Virus record (IMG/VR): IMGVR_UViG_3300036971_000130
Source of the DNA: a virus
Lineage: Duplodnaviria; Caudoviricetes
DNA length: 64,000 bases
Strand: one strand, 5' to 3'
The position numbers and the translations under genes are program-made. Positions 44,546-53,575 of this stretch are shown in pieces. The notes under the pieces are model-generated. The model searched no databases. It saw only the letters and a program-made list of their open reading frames with translations, and was not told where the DNA came from. Numbering within the stretch: the stretch's first letter is position 1; each line of letters opens with the position of its first letter.

Positions 44546-44736
44546 CAGAAGGAACCTCGGCAAGCGTTCTTGCTGGCAACGGCCTTGCCGTTCTTCTGGG
44601 TCCAGACCCGGCGACCGCCGTTGCGCCAACCGATGACGGAGCCACCGGCGGCGAAGTGCGTATCACGCTCACGCCCGGAGACGGCAGCCAGCATCTTCTT
44701 CTGGGCCTGCGCCTTCTTCTTGGACTGCTTGTTCAT
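44545..44736 (-). CDS. Small Lys-rich protein
   Basis: TTGACA-N17-CATAGT-N6-ATG promoter; tail KNGKAVASKNACRG. Confidence 0.75.
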   Translation of the reverse strand: MNKQSKKKAQAQKKMLAAVSGRERDTHFAAGGSVIGWRNGGRRVWTQKNGKAVASKNACRGSF

Positions 44737-44767
44737 GCCTCCACTATGGGTGGCTCAGGCCGTCCTG

Positions 44768-45169
44768 TCAAAGAGGTGCGTAGCAGGTGGCTCCGAAGAC
44801 ACCGCCAGACCTGATGCGCTGAAGGCACATCTCCACAGCGTCAGGCCAGGTGACCCCACCATCGAGAGTCCTCCGGGCGATCTCGTCATCCATGCGTGAG
44901 ACACACCAGTGGAACTCCCGGTCATGGAAGACGACGGTCGCAACCAAGGTCGGCAGGATCTCCGTCGGCATCCTCGTCGGCAGAGTCGACACCCGAAGGC
45001 CGATCTCGTCCAGTCGACAGGCGAGGATCATCGAGAGGACCATCTCGGTCTTCTTCGGGTCGCAGATGAAGGTCTGGGACGACACCTCACGTCGAGGGGC
45101 GGAGTGGACCGACACGCCACCGAAGGCAACAGCGAGCTTCAGGTAGTCGTGCGGGTCGATCTCAGCCAT
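44768..45169 (-). CDS. Hypothetical protein
   Basis: CATGAT-N7-ATG. Confidence 0.55.
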   Translation of the reverse strand: MAEIDPHDYLKLAVAFGGVSVHSAPRREVSSQTFICDPKKTEMVLSMILACRLDEIGLRVSTLPTRMPTEILPTLVATVVFHDREFHWCVSRMDDEIARRTLDGGVTWPDAVEMCLQRIRSGGVFGATCYAPL

Positions 45170-45197
45170 GCCTGCCATCATGCCACACAGGTCAAGG

Positions 45198-45419
45198 TCA
45201 GAACGGCCAGCAGCAGCGGTAGCGGCAGGTCTCCGGCGTGTGCTTCCAGGCGAGCTTCTTCTCGTCGACGACGACCCTCTCGAAGTCACCGACGGCGATG
45301 GCCGTGCGATCCGAGGTGCGACGACGGCGGACGTTGTTCTTCGTCGAGTGCCGAGCCTTCGCCCAGCGGGCGTTCGACGAACGCCGGGAAGTCGGAGAGT
45401 CCTTCTTGGTCCTGCTCAT
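45198..45419 (-). CDS. Small basic MSRTxKD-family protein
   Basis: MSRTKKDSP...DRTAIAVGDFE...CRYRCCW; motif at 45425. Confidence 0.75.
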   Translation of the reverse strand: MSRTKKDSPTSRRSSNARWAKARHSTKNNVRRRRTSDRTAIAVGDFERVVVDEKKLAWKHTPETCRYRCCWPF

Positions 45420-45503
45420 GGGTCCATCATGGGTTGTCCACCTACGAAGTCGTCAACCGGGGTTGCTTGGACACCGCTCGTCGTGGTACCCATGATATGC
45501 ACT

Positions 45504-46067
45504 ATGACATACACCATCGCAGGCACCAATCTCAGCATCGTCGCTGAGGAAGCGGCCGAGATCACGAGGGTCCACCCTCGTGCCGAGGTCGCCATCCAGT
45601 TCGCCACCATGTCCCATGGGGCGCAGACCTACGGGACCGGAGACAGCCGAGTCCCGTACATGGTCCACACGATCGGGGTCGCACACCTCGTCCTCCGCTG
45701 CGGAGGGACCGAAGCCGAGGTCATCGCAGCGATCCTGCATGATGTCGTCGAGGACACGCCGGTCAAGCTCGTCGCCATCCGTCGGATCTTCGGCCACGAG
45801 GCCGCAGGTCTCGTCTGGGAGGTCACGAAGGAGGAAGGTGTCGACCACCTGACCAAGATCGGTGATGCCGCTCTCGTGAAGCTCTGCGACTCCGTCTACA
45901 ACATCAGCCGGATCGGGGGTCTGAAGCCCGCCCGCAAGGAGCGGCTCGTCGTCAAGTACACCCGGAACTTCCAGGTGTTGCTCACTCGTCCTCGGCTCGT
46001 TGGTCTGGCGCTGCCCGGCGACGTACAGGAAGTCGTCAGCCGGGACAGCGCCGACTTCCTGGCCTAA
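45504..46067 (+). CDS. Stand-alone RelA/SpoT-type HD hydrolase (small alarmone hydrolase/Mesh1-like)
   Basis: FA..SH..Q...PYMVH..GVA...AAILHDVVEDT...VTK...VKLCD..YN. Confidence 0.85.
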   Translation: MTYTIAGTNLSIVAEEAAEITRVHPRAEVAIQFATMSHGAQTYGTGDSRVPYMVHTIGVAHLVLRCGGTEAEVIAAILHDVVEDTPVKLVAIRRIFGHEAAGLVWEVTKEEGVDHLTKIGDAALVKLCDSVYNISRIGGLKPARKERLVVKYTRNFQVLLTRPRLVGLALPGDVQEVVSRDSADFLA

Positions 46068-46477
46068 CCCACGAGGTGCTGGTCCGGCAGGTGGAGGTGC
46101 ATCTTCATGTGCGTCATCCACCCGCCGATCAGCGACCAAGCGTCGAGGAACGGCGCTTCGGCTTCCTCGTAGCTGATCTCCCTGTTCAGGAAGGAGATGT
46201 AGGCGGAGAGGCCACGTCGGATGCGTCCGATGATGTGGTCCCACTCGGCCGGGTCGAGGTTCTCCGGACACGGATGCTCCTGGCCCACGACGAGACCGAG
46301 AAGCGTCACGACGACATCCTCGAAGCACGGTGGTAGCGGCTCCGGGCGGAGCCGGTCGAAGGCGGACATGGCGAGGGACTTGATCGGCATGATCAGATCA
46401 TCCTTCGGTAGTTGGGGTCAGTAGTCGCATTCGCATTCGTCGTAGCTCTCGGAGCAACGATCGCACGTATTGCAGGT

Positions 46478-47002
46478 TCAGTCATCCCCGTCGGCACCGC
46501 AGGTGTGGCAGACTTCTTCTTCGGGCTCGACTTCGGGGTCCGTGTCGATACGGATGTGCCCGAGCACGATGTACCCGCCATCACGCATGCACCTGATGTC
46601 CTCGTCGAAGGTCACGAAATCATGCCCTTCGATCGGTCCTTCGACCGGGACCAGGCCGATCATCCCGGAGTCCACCGGGTACTCGTTGCCGTCGTCGCCG
46701 TAGTAGCGACCGTCGCCGTGGACCGTGTGGACGCCGACAGCGTGCCCGTCGCCGTGCGGTGCGACGATCAGGTTTTCGTCCTTGGTCGACTCACAGAAGT
46801 CGCTCCACTCACCGTCCTCGATCACGTAGCAGGGGTCACCGATGACGTAGGTGCCCGCCGGGAGCGTCACAACCCCCTCGTCGTCGATGATGCCGTATCG
46901 GGACGGGACAGGCAGATCGACCACTCCGTCTCGGTAGCTGTTGGGTGCGAACCGAGTGGAGTTGCTGGTTCCGAGGTCACGCTCACGCATCTGGTTGCTC
47001 AT
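46478..47002 (-). CDS. GDPCY...DSG family protein (paralog 2)
   Basis: LPAGTYVIGDPCY...GDGRY...VDSGMIGLVP. Confidence 0.75.
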   Translation of the reverse strand: MSNQMRERDLGTSNSTRFAPNSYRDGVVDLPVPSRYGIIDDEGVVTLPAGTYVIGDPCYVIEDGEWSDFCESTKDENLIVAPHGDGHAVGVHTVHGDGRYYGDDGNEYPVDSGMIGLVPVEGPIEGHDFVTFDEDIRCMRDGGYIVLGHIRIDTDPEVEPEEEVCHTCGADGDD

Positions 47003-47011
47003 GGCCTCATC

Positions 47012-47236
47012 CTAGCCGACGATGCCGAACTGGAATCCCAGAGCGGCGAGACCGGCGATGACCGCCACACCGAGCACCAGCGGTCCGATCACGATGTCGA
47101 GCACCTTCCCGAGCACCGTGGTGCCGACGATGGCGATGAGCAAGATGATGCCGAAGGTCGCCGGGTCGATCGGCCAGGTCTGCTCGATGTGCTGGTAGAA
47201 CTCACCGATGGAGGGCAGGTCGATCTTCTCACTCAT
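47012..47236 (-). CDS. Small membrane protein
   Basis: TACAAT-N6-ATG; 2 TM. Confidence 0.6.
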   Translation of the reverse strand: MSEKIDLPSIGEFYQHIEQTWPIDPATFGIILLIAIVGTTVLGKVLDIVIGPLVLGVAVIAGLAALGFQFGIVG

Positions 47237-47290
47237 CTGGTGATTGTACCGCACCTGCGGCTCCGTCGACCAAAGGTGCGGTACAGACCA

Positions 47291-48544
47291 TCACGAGAAC
47301 ACGGCCAGGTAGGTCAGCTTGATCCGGTCGAGGTTCCACTGGATCATCTCGTTGTTCATCACACCGCAGGTCCCGCCCTTGACGTTGATCGAGTCGTACT
47401 TCGCTCGCTCCCTTTCCGAGTGGGCGAGCATCCGATCCCGAGGCCGCATCTCCCGTCCCATCGCCACATCGGCAACGAACATCGAGACCTCGTTGGAGCC
47501 TCGGCCACCGCCGCCCCAGTACCCGTCGGAGTAGTTGAGCGACTTCGTCGACTGGTCCGAGAAGTACACCCCGTCACCGAACATGCGTCCAGCGATGTGG
47601 ATACCGTCGCTGTTCGTCGGGACGATGAGGCCACGGTGCATCAGCGAGATCAGGTTGCCGGTTCCCGTTCCATGCCAGAGGCGCTTGACGTTGCCGACTC
47701 GGTCCGATTCGACCTTGATCCGAGCGGCCAGCGCAGCGTCAGCTTCGGTGATCTCGTAGAGGGCAACGAGCTTCCGCCCGGAACTGGTGTGGATCGAGTT
47801 CACTGTCGAGGTGAACATCTCCTGGATCGACCGGAACTCCGGAGACGACGGGTCGACAGTCGTCAGCGAGTAGCGGAAGATCCGCTTCTTCGGCTCATCG
47901 TCGTTCGCTGCTGCTGCGGCGGCGATCGCAACAGCGCCGTCGAGAGCGTCCAGGAACTCGACCTGCTTCGCCAGGAAGGTCTGCTCGACGAAGTTCTTCT
48001 CCCACCCTCGGGTCCTCCCGATGTCCTGCGGGACGATGGTCATGTAGCGGCCGATGTCGGCGTTCGTCGGGGCCTTCGCCTTGCTGATCTTGTCCAGCAG
48101 CGCCCTCGCTTCGAGGATGGAAGCGGCACCGACAGGACCGAGTGCGGTCTCCACCGAGCCGCTCTTGGCGACGGTGATCTTGCCGCCGGAAGCGTCCTCG
48201 ATCATGTGTCGGTTGGCGTCACACCAAGAGTTGATCCGACGGATCAGATCGGCGTTCTGGGTCGTCGGAAGTTGCGTCACGGCGTAGTCCGAGAGGACAG
48301 AGTTCGAGGTGATCTTGGAGCCGGAGGAACCGTCTCCGGTCGAATCGAAGACCTGGTACCCCTTCTTCTTCTTCGAGGCGATCGCACGCTCGTAACCGGA
48401 GCGTCCGGTGCCCTCCGAAGACGACTGTCCGTTGGCTCCGACACGCCCCCATCGCTTCTTCACGATGTTGCCGTCGAGGGTCACTTCGTAGAACTTGTTG
48501 TTGTTGGAGTTCGGGTCCGAGAGGACCAGCATGGTGGTTTCCAT
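47291..48544 (-). CDS. WGR-domain poly(ADP-ribose) polymerase-like protein
   Basis: NNKFY...WGRVG...KKKKGY; LWHGT, GRMFGDGVYFSD..KSLNY, NNEMI (H-Y-E triad). Confidence 0.9.
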   Translation of the reverse strand: METTMLVLSDPNSNNNKFYEVTLDGNIVKKRWGRVGANGQSSSEGTGRSGYERAIASKKKKGYQVFDSTGDGSSGSKITSNSVLSDYAVTQLPTTQNADLIRRINSWCDANRHMIEDASGGKITVAKSGSVETALGPVGAASILEARALLDKISKAKAPTNADIGRYMTIVPQDIGRTRGWEKNFVEQTFLAKQVEFLDALDGAVAIAAAAAANDDEPKKRIFRYSLTTVDPSSPEFRSIQEMFTSTVNSIHTSSGRKLVALYEITEADAALAARIKVESDRVGNVKRLWHGTGTGNLISLMHRGLIVPTNSDGIHIAGRMFGDGVYFSDQSTKSLNYSDGYWGGGGRGSNEVSMFVADVAMGREMRPRDRMLAHSERERAKYDSINVKGGTCGVMNNEMIQWNLDRIKLTYLAVFS

Positions 48545-48560
48545 ACCCACCATTATGGGT

Positions 48561-48608
48561 GTGACCACTGACAGTTTCGGGCGGTCACCCAAAGCCGTCA
48601 GTGGTCAC
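48561..48608. promoter_or_regulatory. Inverted repeat immediately upstream of the PARP promoter motif
   Basis: GTGACCACTGAC...GTCAGTGGTCAC. Confidence 0.55.
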
Positions 48609-48663
48609 TTTCTGAACGTCGTTCAGGTTTCAGTTGGGACTTTCCGAACGGTGATTCGGAAAG

Positions 48664-48927
48664 TCAGCGGCGGATGCGAAGGCTCGGATCGTTGACCCCG
48701 ATCGCACGCACGACGTTGAACCGGTTCCGCTTCTGACGGAGCACGGCGGAGGTGAAGTCGAGGTCGTCGCCGGGGCGAACTCGGACGGTCATCTTGCCGC
48801 CGAGAGGACCCGACTCGGTGGTGATCTGACCACCCTTCAGGGTGATCTTGTAGACCCGCTTGAAGTCCCCGCCTCGGCGGTTGTCGGGGCCGTGCATCGT
48901 GATGGTTTTGGTGGTGCTGATGGGCAT
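48664..48927 (-). CDS. Possible degenerate stand-alone WGR-like domain
   Basis: KRVYKITLKGGQITTESGPLGG...LRQKRNRF. Confidence 0.4.
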   Translation of the reverse strand: MPISTTKTITMHGPDNRRGGDFKRVYKITLKGGQITTESGPLGGKMTVRVRPGDDLDFTSAVLRQKRNRFNVVRAIGVNDPSLRIRR

Positions 48928-49002
48928 GTAGAGAACATGGGTGCGGTTTTCGCCGTGTCCAACCAGGACCAAAAACATGCGTTTACCTGGGGATATGCCT
49001 TT

Positions 49003-49640
49003 CATGTCATTTCATGTCATTTCTTGCACAGAGGTTTCGGACGTCCCTGGAGATTTTGTTTTTGCCGTTGATCCTGGCCCCTCTCAGTCAGTTTCGTGAA
49101 CTTTCAGTCCTTCTCCTGCCACGACGTGACCTTCTGATCTCGTGACGTTTCATGTCATTTCATTGCCAGAGGTTTCGGATGTCCTGGGAAAACGTCGAAG
49201 TAGCCTTGATCTCGGCCCCGCTCAGTACATCTCGTGTCATTTCATGCTTTGGCCCGATGGGGACGTTCGGCAATATGGGTGGGACACAACCGCCTTCAGC
49301 CTGTGGATAACTGCCTTCAGCCTGTGGATAAGTCCGTTTTGGGGCCTCAGATGGGGCTCGAAACGCCCTGTTGGAGCCCGGTTTTCTGGGTTCTGGCCGG
49401 AGACGGCCGAAAACCGAGGCCAAGCCGCTGACCTGCGAAAACACTAGAGACATAGAAAGGTAGAAGGAGGGGGTAGTAGTAGTAGATGACTGTTGTTTCC
49501 ATACATATGTCTAATAATTACCCCCCCCCTCTCTCTCTGTATACCCCTACCGTTTTCAACTCAGACTGGTTCCCGACGACCGGACTCTCCGACTTCCGAG
49601 ACAGCACGGTTCCGTAACTGCCGCCAATAGTTATCCACAG
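49003..49640. other. Origin-like island: ~80-bp direct repeats, three DnaA boxes, AT-rich element copy 2
   Basis: Repeats ~49013-49090 and ~49151-49229; TGTGGATAA at 49302 and 49323, TTATCCACA at 49631; AT-rich 49441-49550 with (TAG)4. Confidence 0.65.
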
Positions 49641-49663
49641 GCAGAAGAAGGAGCCACGCCAAC

Positions 49664-50152
49664 ATGAAGACCCGGACTAGGATCGTCGCACTCGCCATGG
49701 CACTCTCGGCACTCGTCGGAGTCACCGCAACCGGCTGCGACGAAGACACCTCGAACGGCAGCGGAGTTCCGACAACGGTCGCTGCTTCGACCGCCAAGGA
49801 ACAGACTCGCAAGCTCGTGAACGACGAGCGACGAGACCACGGACTGCGTGCTCTCCCAGCCCGAGCGGACGCCGAACGCAAGGCGCAGAGTTGGGCGAAC
49901 GAACTCGCTCGACGAGGCACGATGTCTCACTCGAACGTGACCTCCGGTATCACCGACTTCTGCTACGTCGCAGAGAACGTCGGCTATGCGGTCGACCCGG
50001 ATTCGCTGCACGACTTCTGGATGAACTCTGCACCGCACAAGGCGAACATCCTCGACCGCCGATGGACCCACATGGGTGTTGGAACTGCGACCGGAACCGT
50101 GCAAGGCTGGAAGGTGAACTTCACCGTCACGGTGTTCGTCCAGGACTGCTGA
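49664..50152 (+). CDS. CAP/SCP-domain lipoprotein
   Basis: LVNDERRDHGL...MSHS...ENVG...WMNSAPHKANIL...MGVG. Confidence 0.9.
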   Translation: MKTRTRIVALAMALSALVGVTATGCDEDTSNGSGVPTTVAASTAKEQTRKLVNDERRDHGLRALPARADAERKAQSWANELARRGTMSHSNVTSGITDFCYVAENVGYAVDPDSLHDFWMNSAPHKANILDRRWTHMGVGTATGTVQGWKVNFTVTVFVQDC

Positions 50153-50218
50153 CGGCACCACCCATGATGGTGTAGACATCCGCCTCGACCGAGGCAACCA
50201 TCGACCCAGGAGTCACCC

Positions 50219-50842
50219 ATGAAGTTCCGCAAGCTGTCCGCTCTCGCTCTCGTCGCAACACTCGCCGTCACCGGCTGCTCCAAGGACGTGAAGTCCGACG
50301 ACTCGAAGCCGAAGTCGACGACCACGACCACCGTCGCCAAGGCGACCGCCAAGGGCAAGGTCTGGGACTTCGACGCATCGAAGGTGCTCGTCACGGCTTC
50401 CGAGGTGAAGTCCGAAAACCCGGAGACCGTGAACCCCGACGACGGGCTGCTCCGGGCCTGCGGTCTTCGCATCGACCAGAAGGCGCTGGACGCCACCGAC
50501 AAGGCGGGTGTCCAGTTCCACGACGGTGACCGGGCCTTCGTGCAGACCGTCGTGAAGTTCAAGACCACCGACGCCGCCGCCGAGTTCTACAAGAACGCTG
50601 CGGAACTCTCCGCTCGGTGCGCTTCGATCCTCAGCACGAACTCCGGCGTGGGCGACGAGTCGATGATGGCCGTCAGCCAGGCGTGGATCGCCAACGCCAC
50701 CGGCGACCAGGAGGTCGTGATCGCACGCAAGGGCAACGCCGTGTTCATCACCGCCCAGCGTCCGACCTCGGACCAGAACAACGTGGACTCCCTCTCGGCC
50801 ATCTCCGCCACCCAGCTTGCGATGCAGCGGGTCGAGGGATGA
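50219..50842 (+). CDS. Lipoprotein, PknH-like sensor fold possible
   Basis: VTGC lipobox; FKTTDAA...C...VGDES...ARKGNAV. Confidence 0.65.
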   Translation: MKFRKLSALALVATLAVTGCSKDVKSDDSKPKSTTTTTVAKATAKGKVWDFDASKVLVTASEVKSENPETVNPDDGLLRACGLRIDQKALDATDKAGVQFHDGDRAFVQTVVKFKTTDAAAEFYKNAAELSARCASILSTNSGVGDESMMAVSQAWIANATGDQEVVIARKGNAVFITAQRPTSDQNNVDSLSAISATQLAMQRVEG

Positions 50843-51001
50843 CGGCCCCGCTGCTGCACGGCGATGACGGGGTTCTCCTGTCCGCCGTGCAGCGGGGGAC
50901 GATCGTCACCGTCGAAGGGCGCTGGCGTGAATCCGCTCGCCGTCTCGCTGATGCGGGGCTCGTCGAGTGGGACGGGACATCGAACCCTCCGAAGGTTCCA
51001 G

Positions 51002-51487
51002 GTGACTTCGCTCGCTGAGGTCACCGGACCGAAGCTGCTCGTGACCGGTTCGAGGGCCTTCGCCGGTGAGCACCGTCAGGGGCGTGATCTGCTGCTCACC
51101 CGAGACGGCGTCGTCGCTGACGAGTTGCTCTCGATGATCTTCGACGGGCATCCCCAGATGACCCTGGTCCACGATGGCTGTCCGAAGGGCGCTGATGCGT
51201 GGGCGAAGGACTGGGCGTACGAGACCGGCAACGAACAGGTCGCTGTCCCTGCGAAGTGGCAGCGGCCTGACGGTTCCACCGATCGTGGTGCCGGGTTCAA
51301 GCGGAACGCCGAGATGGTGTCGAGCTTGCAGCCCGGCGACTTCGTGGTTGCGATGTGGGACTGGACCTCGAACGGCACGAACCACTGCGTGGGCGAAGCG
51401 GTGAAGCGAGACCAGAAGCTCGTCGCTGCCGGAGGTCCGGACAACGCTCTGCGGATCTTGTACATCCGGGGTGTGCCCCACCCATGA
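51002..51487 (+). CDS. SLOG-family (YspA/DUF2493-like) protein
   Basis: LLVTGSR...LVHDGCPKGAD...AGFKRNAEMV...SNGT. Confidence 0.8.
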   Translation: MTSLAEVTGPKLLVTGSRAFAGEHRQGRDLLLTRDGVVADELLSMIFDGHPQMTLVHDGCPKGADAWAKDWAYETGNEQVAVPAKWQRPDGSTDRGAGFKRNAEMVSSLQPGDFVVAMWDWTSNGTNHCVGEAVKRDQKLVAAGGPDNALRILYIRGVPHP

Positions 51488-51494
51488 TCTCGTC

Positions 51495-52013
51495 ATGCGC
51501 CGGAACCTGATCTACCTCGACATCGACGGTGTCCTGAACCCGGACGGCCAGAAGATCCTCCGCCACTGGCCGGACGCCCGGAAGTTCGACTCTCGGGTCG
51601 CAGCAACCGGGCCTGATCGAATCCTGCATCCGGCGTCGAAGATCAAGAGCTTCCGGCTGTGGCGCTCCCCGGCGCTGGTGGGTGCGCTGCTCGGCCTCGA
51701 CGCCGAGATCGTGTGGGCGACGACCTGGACGGAGTACCTCGACACGGTGATCGCCCCGAACTACGGCTTCCCGCTCGGCCTCGACCGGGTGGACTTCCAC
51801 GGTCCGACTCCGGCGGTCGGGTCCGGGAAGCTCCCGCTGGTCTCCGAGCATCTCGGTGCAGCGGGTGACGTTCGGGCGGTCTGGATCGACGACCTGCTGT
51901 CGAAGGACGAGTCCGAGTGGGCTGACGCCAACGGCGTCCTGGCGATCGCTACCACACCCTCGATCGGTCTCATCCAGGCTCACATCGAGTCGATCCGGGA
52001 ATGGCTCTCGTAG
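51495..52013 (+). CDS. HAD-superfamily (Swiss-army-knife type) phosphatase
   Basis: LDIDGVLN, VWATTW, K, WIDD. Confidence 0.85.
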   Translation: MRRNLIYLDIDGVLNPDGQKILRHWPDARKFDSRVAATGPDRILHPASKIKSFRLWRSPALVGALLGLDAEIVWATTWTEYLDTVIAPNYGFPLGLDRVDFHGPTPAVGSGKLPLVSEHLGAAGDVRAVWIDDLLSKDESEWADANGVLAIATTPSIGLIQAHIESIREWLS

Positions 52014-52185
52014 GTTTCGGCCCAGAACAGCCTGATTCTGCCCGATTTTGCCGTTTCCGGGCCTCTGAGCGCCCCGGATGGTCTCTGGGTCATCCGCTAC
52101 CCTCAGAGGCTTAGAGCGGCTCTATGCACGATCGTGCATAGTTATGCTTGACAGGAGGGCTACAATCGGGCGTCAACCAGGAGGT

Positions 52186-52540
52186 CGTAGATGTCGATGG
52201 TTGCCGTAACACAAGCCGTACAGGAGACGGGGACGACCAAGAGCGGTCGATTCTCGACGAGTTGGTGGATGCTCGAAACCGAGTGCCGCCACATCGTTCG
52301 ACGGCCCGTGAAGTTCATCCCCGGAGCGTCCGGCGGACGACGAGGGTGGGCACTGCTGCATCACCCGCCTGCCTCCGATGACAGCCTGCCACCTCCAACG
52401 AAGGTGAAGTGCCCCATGTGCAACGGGGACGGTTGACCGACAATCGTCTGCAAGCCGAACACCACCGACGCCTCGGACTGAAGTTGGACATGGGCGAACA
52501 CACCACCCATGATGAGTACATGGAACTTCTCAGCACCACC
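52186..52540 (+). repeat. 355-bp direct repeat, copy 1 (81-aa Zn-ribbon gene 52191..52436 plus promoter)
   Basis: Matches 53221-53575; the only mismatch I found is 52512 A / 53547 T. Confidence 0.95.
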
Positions 52541-52552
52541 CATGATGGCCCC

Positions 52553-53104
52553 ATGATCCACACCGCTGTCCTCTCCGGGGTCGACAAGGCAACGCACACG
52601 CCAGTCGAGCACTTCGTCGTCTGGCTGAACGCCCGAGCGACCTGTCCCGGCTGCGACCAGTCCGACCGACCTGTGGTCCGAGACATCCCGGTGATGGTCG
52701 ACGACCGAGGCGACATCCAGGCAGTCAGCCAGCAGCACGGATGTGGTTCTTGGTGGGGGCCGGACTGGGACTCGATCAAGCTCGGGTCCGATGATGACGA
52801 CGACCGCAAGGCCGTCATCACCCACGCTCTCGTGAGGCAGGCGGAAGAAAACCGATCGGCGGATCGCCAGGTGGTCAAGGAATCCCTCGAAAGCGACATC
52901 AGGTGGGTCCTGTCGCTCGTCAACGACACGCACGATCCCGACATCGAAGACCTTGACGATCTCCGTTTGGAGATGTCCACGGGCAACGAGGCCAACCCCG
53001 GCGTGTACTTCGACGACGACAAGATCGTCGCCTGGACCTACGACCCGTGGTCCGAGGATATGACGGAGCCGGAACTCATCACGGTCACCGAGACAGTCCG
53101 ATGA
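52553..53104 (+). CDS. Hypothetical Zn-finger protein (in-frame alternative start at 52520)
   Basis: CPGC...HGCG; two motifs in tandem upstream. Confidence 0.65.
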   Translation: MIHTAVLSGVDKATHTPVEHFVVWLNARATCPGCDQSDRPVVRDIPVMVDDRGDIQAVSQQHGCGSWWGPDWDSIKLGSDDDDDRKAVITHALVRQAEENRSADRQVVKESLESDIRWVLSLVNDTHDPDIEDLDDLRLEMSTGNEANPGVYFDDDKIVAWTYDPWSEDMTEPELITVTETVR

Positions 53105-53244
53105 GGAAGGTCATCCACGTCCACCAGCACAAGATCAAGAGGGGCGAACCGGCGATCATCGTCCGGACCTACAAGGGGTCCAGGCACTACACGAGGGTCG
53201 AGATCAACGGGCCGTCGGTGCGTAGATGTCGATGGTTGCCGTAA
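53101..53244 (+). pseudogene. Truncated phage protein (IHVxQH...RTYK...INGPS)
   Basis: Cut by repeat copy 2 at 53221. Confidence 0.6.
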
Positions 53245-53575
53245 CACAAGCCGTACAGGAGACGGGGACGACCAAGAGCGGTCGATTCTCGACGAGTTGG
53301 TGGATGCTCGAAACCGAGTGCCGCCACATCGTTCGACGGCCCGTGAAGTTCATCCCCGGAGCGTCCGGCGGACGACGAGGGTGGGCACTGCTGCATCACC
53401 CGCCTGCCTCCGATGACAGCCTGCCACCTCCAACGAAGGTGAAGTGCCCCATGTGCAACGGGGACGGTTGACCGACAATCGTCTGCAAGCCGAACACCAC
53501 CGACGCCTCGGACTGAAGTTGGACATGGGCGAACACACCACCCATGTTGAGTACATGGAACTTCTCAGCACCACC
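53221..53575 (+). repeat. 355-bp direct repeat, copy 2
   Basis: See copy 1; offset 1035 bp. Confidence 0.95.

Noticed and set aside
46412-48571. Long antisense ORFs (719 aa here; also 1705..3720, 23084..24349, 37944..39212 and others)
   Set aside because: Shadow frames of high-GC genes on the opposite strand that carry clear motifs (PARP, rIIA)
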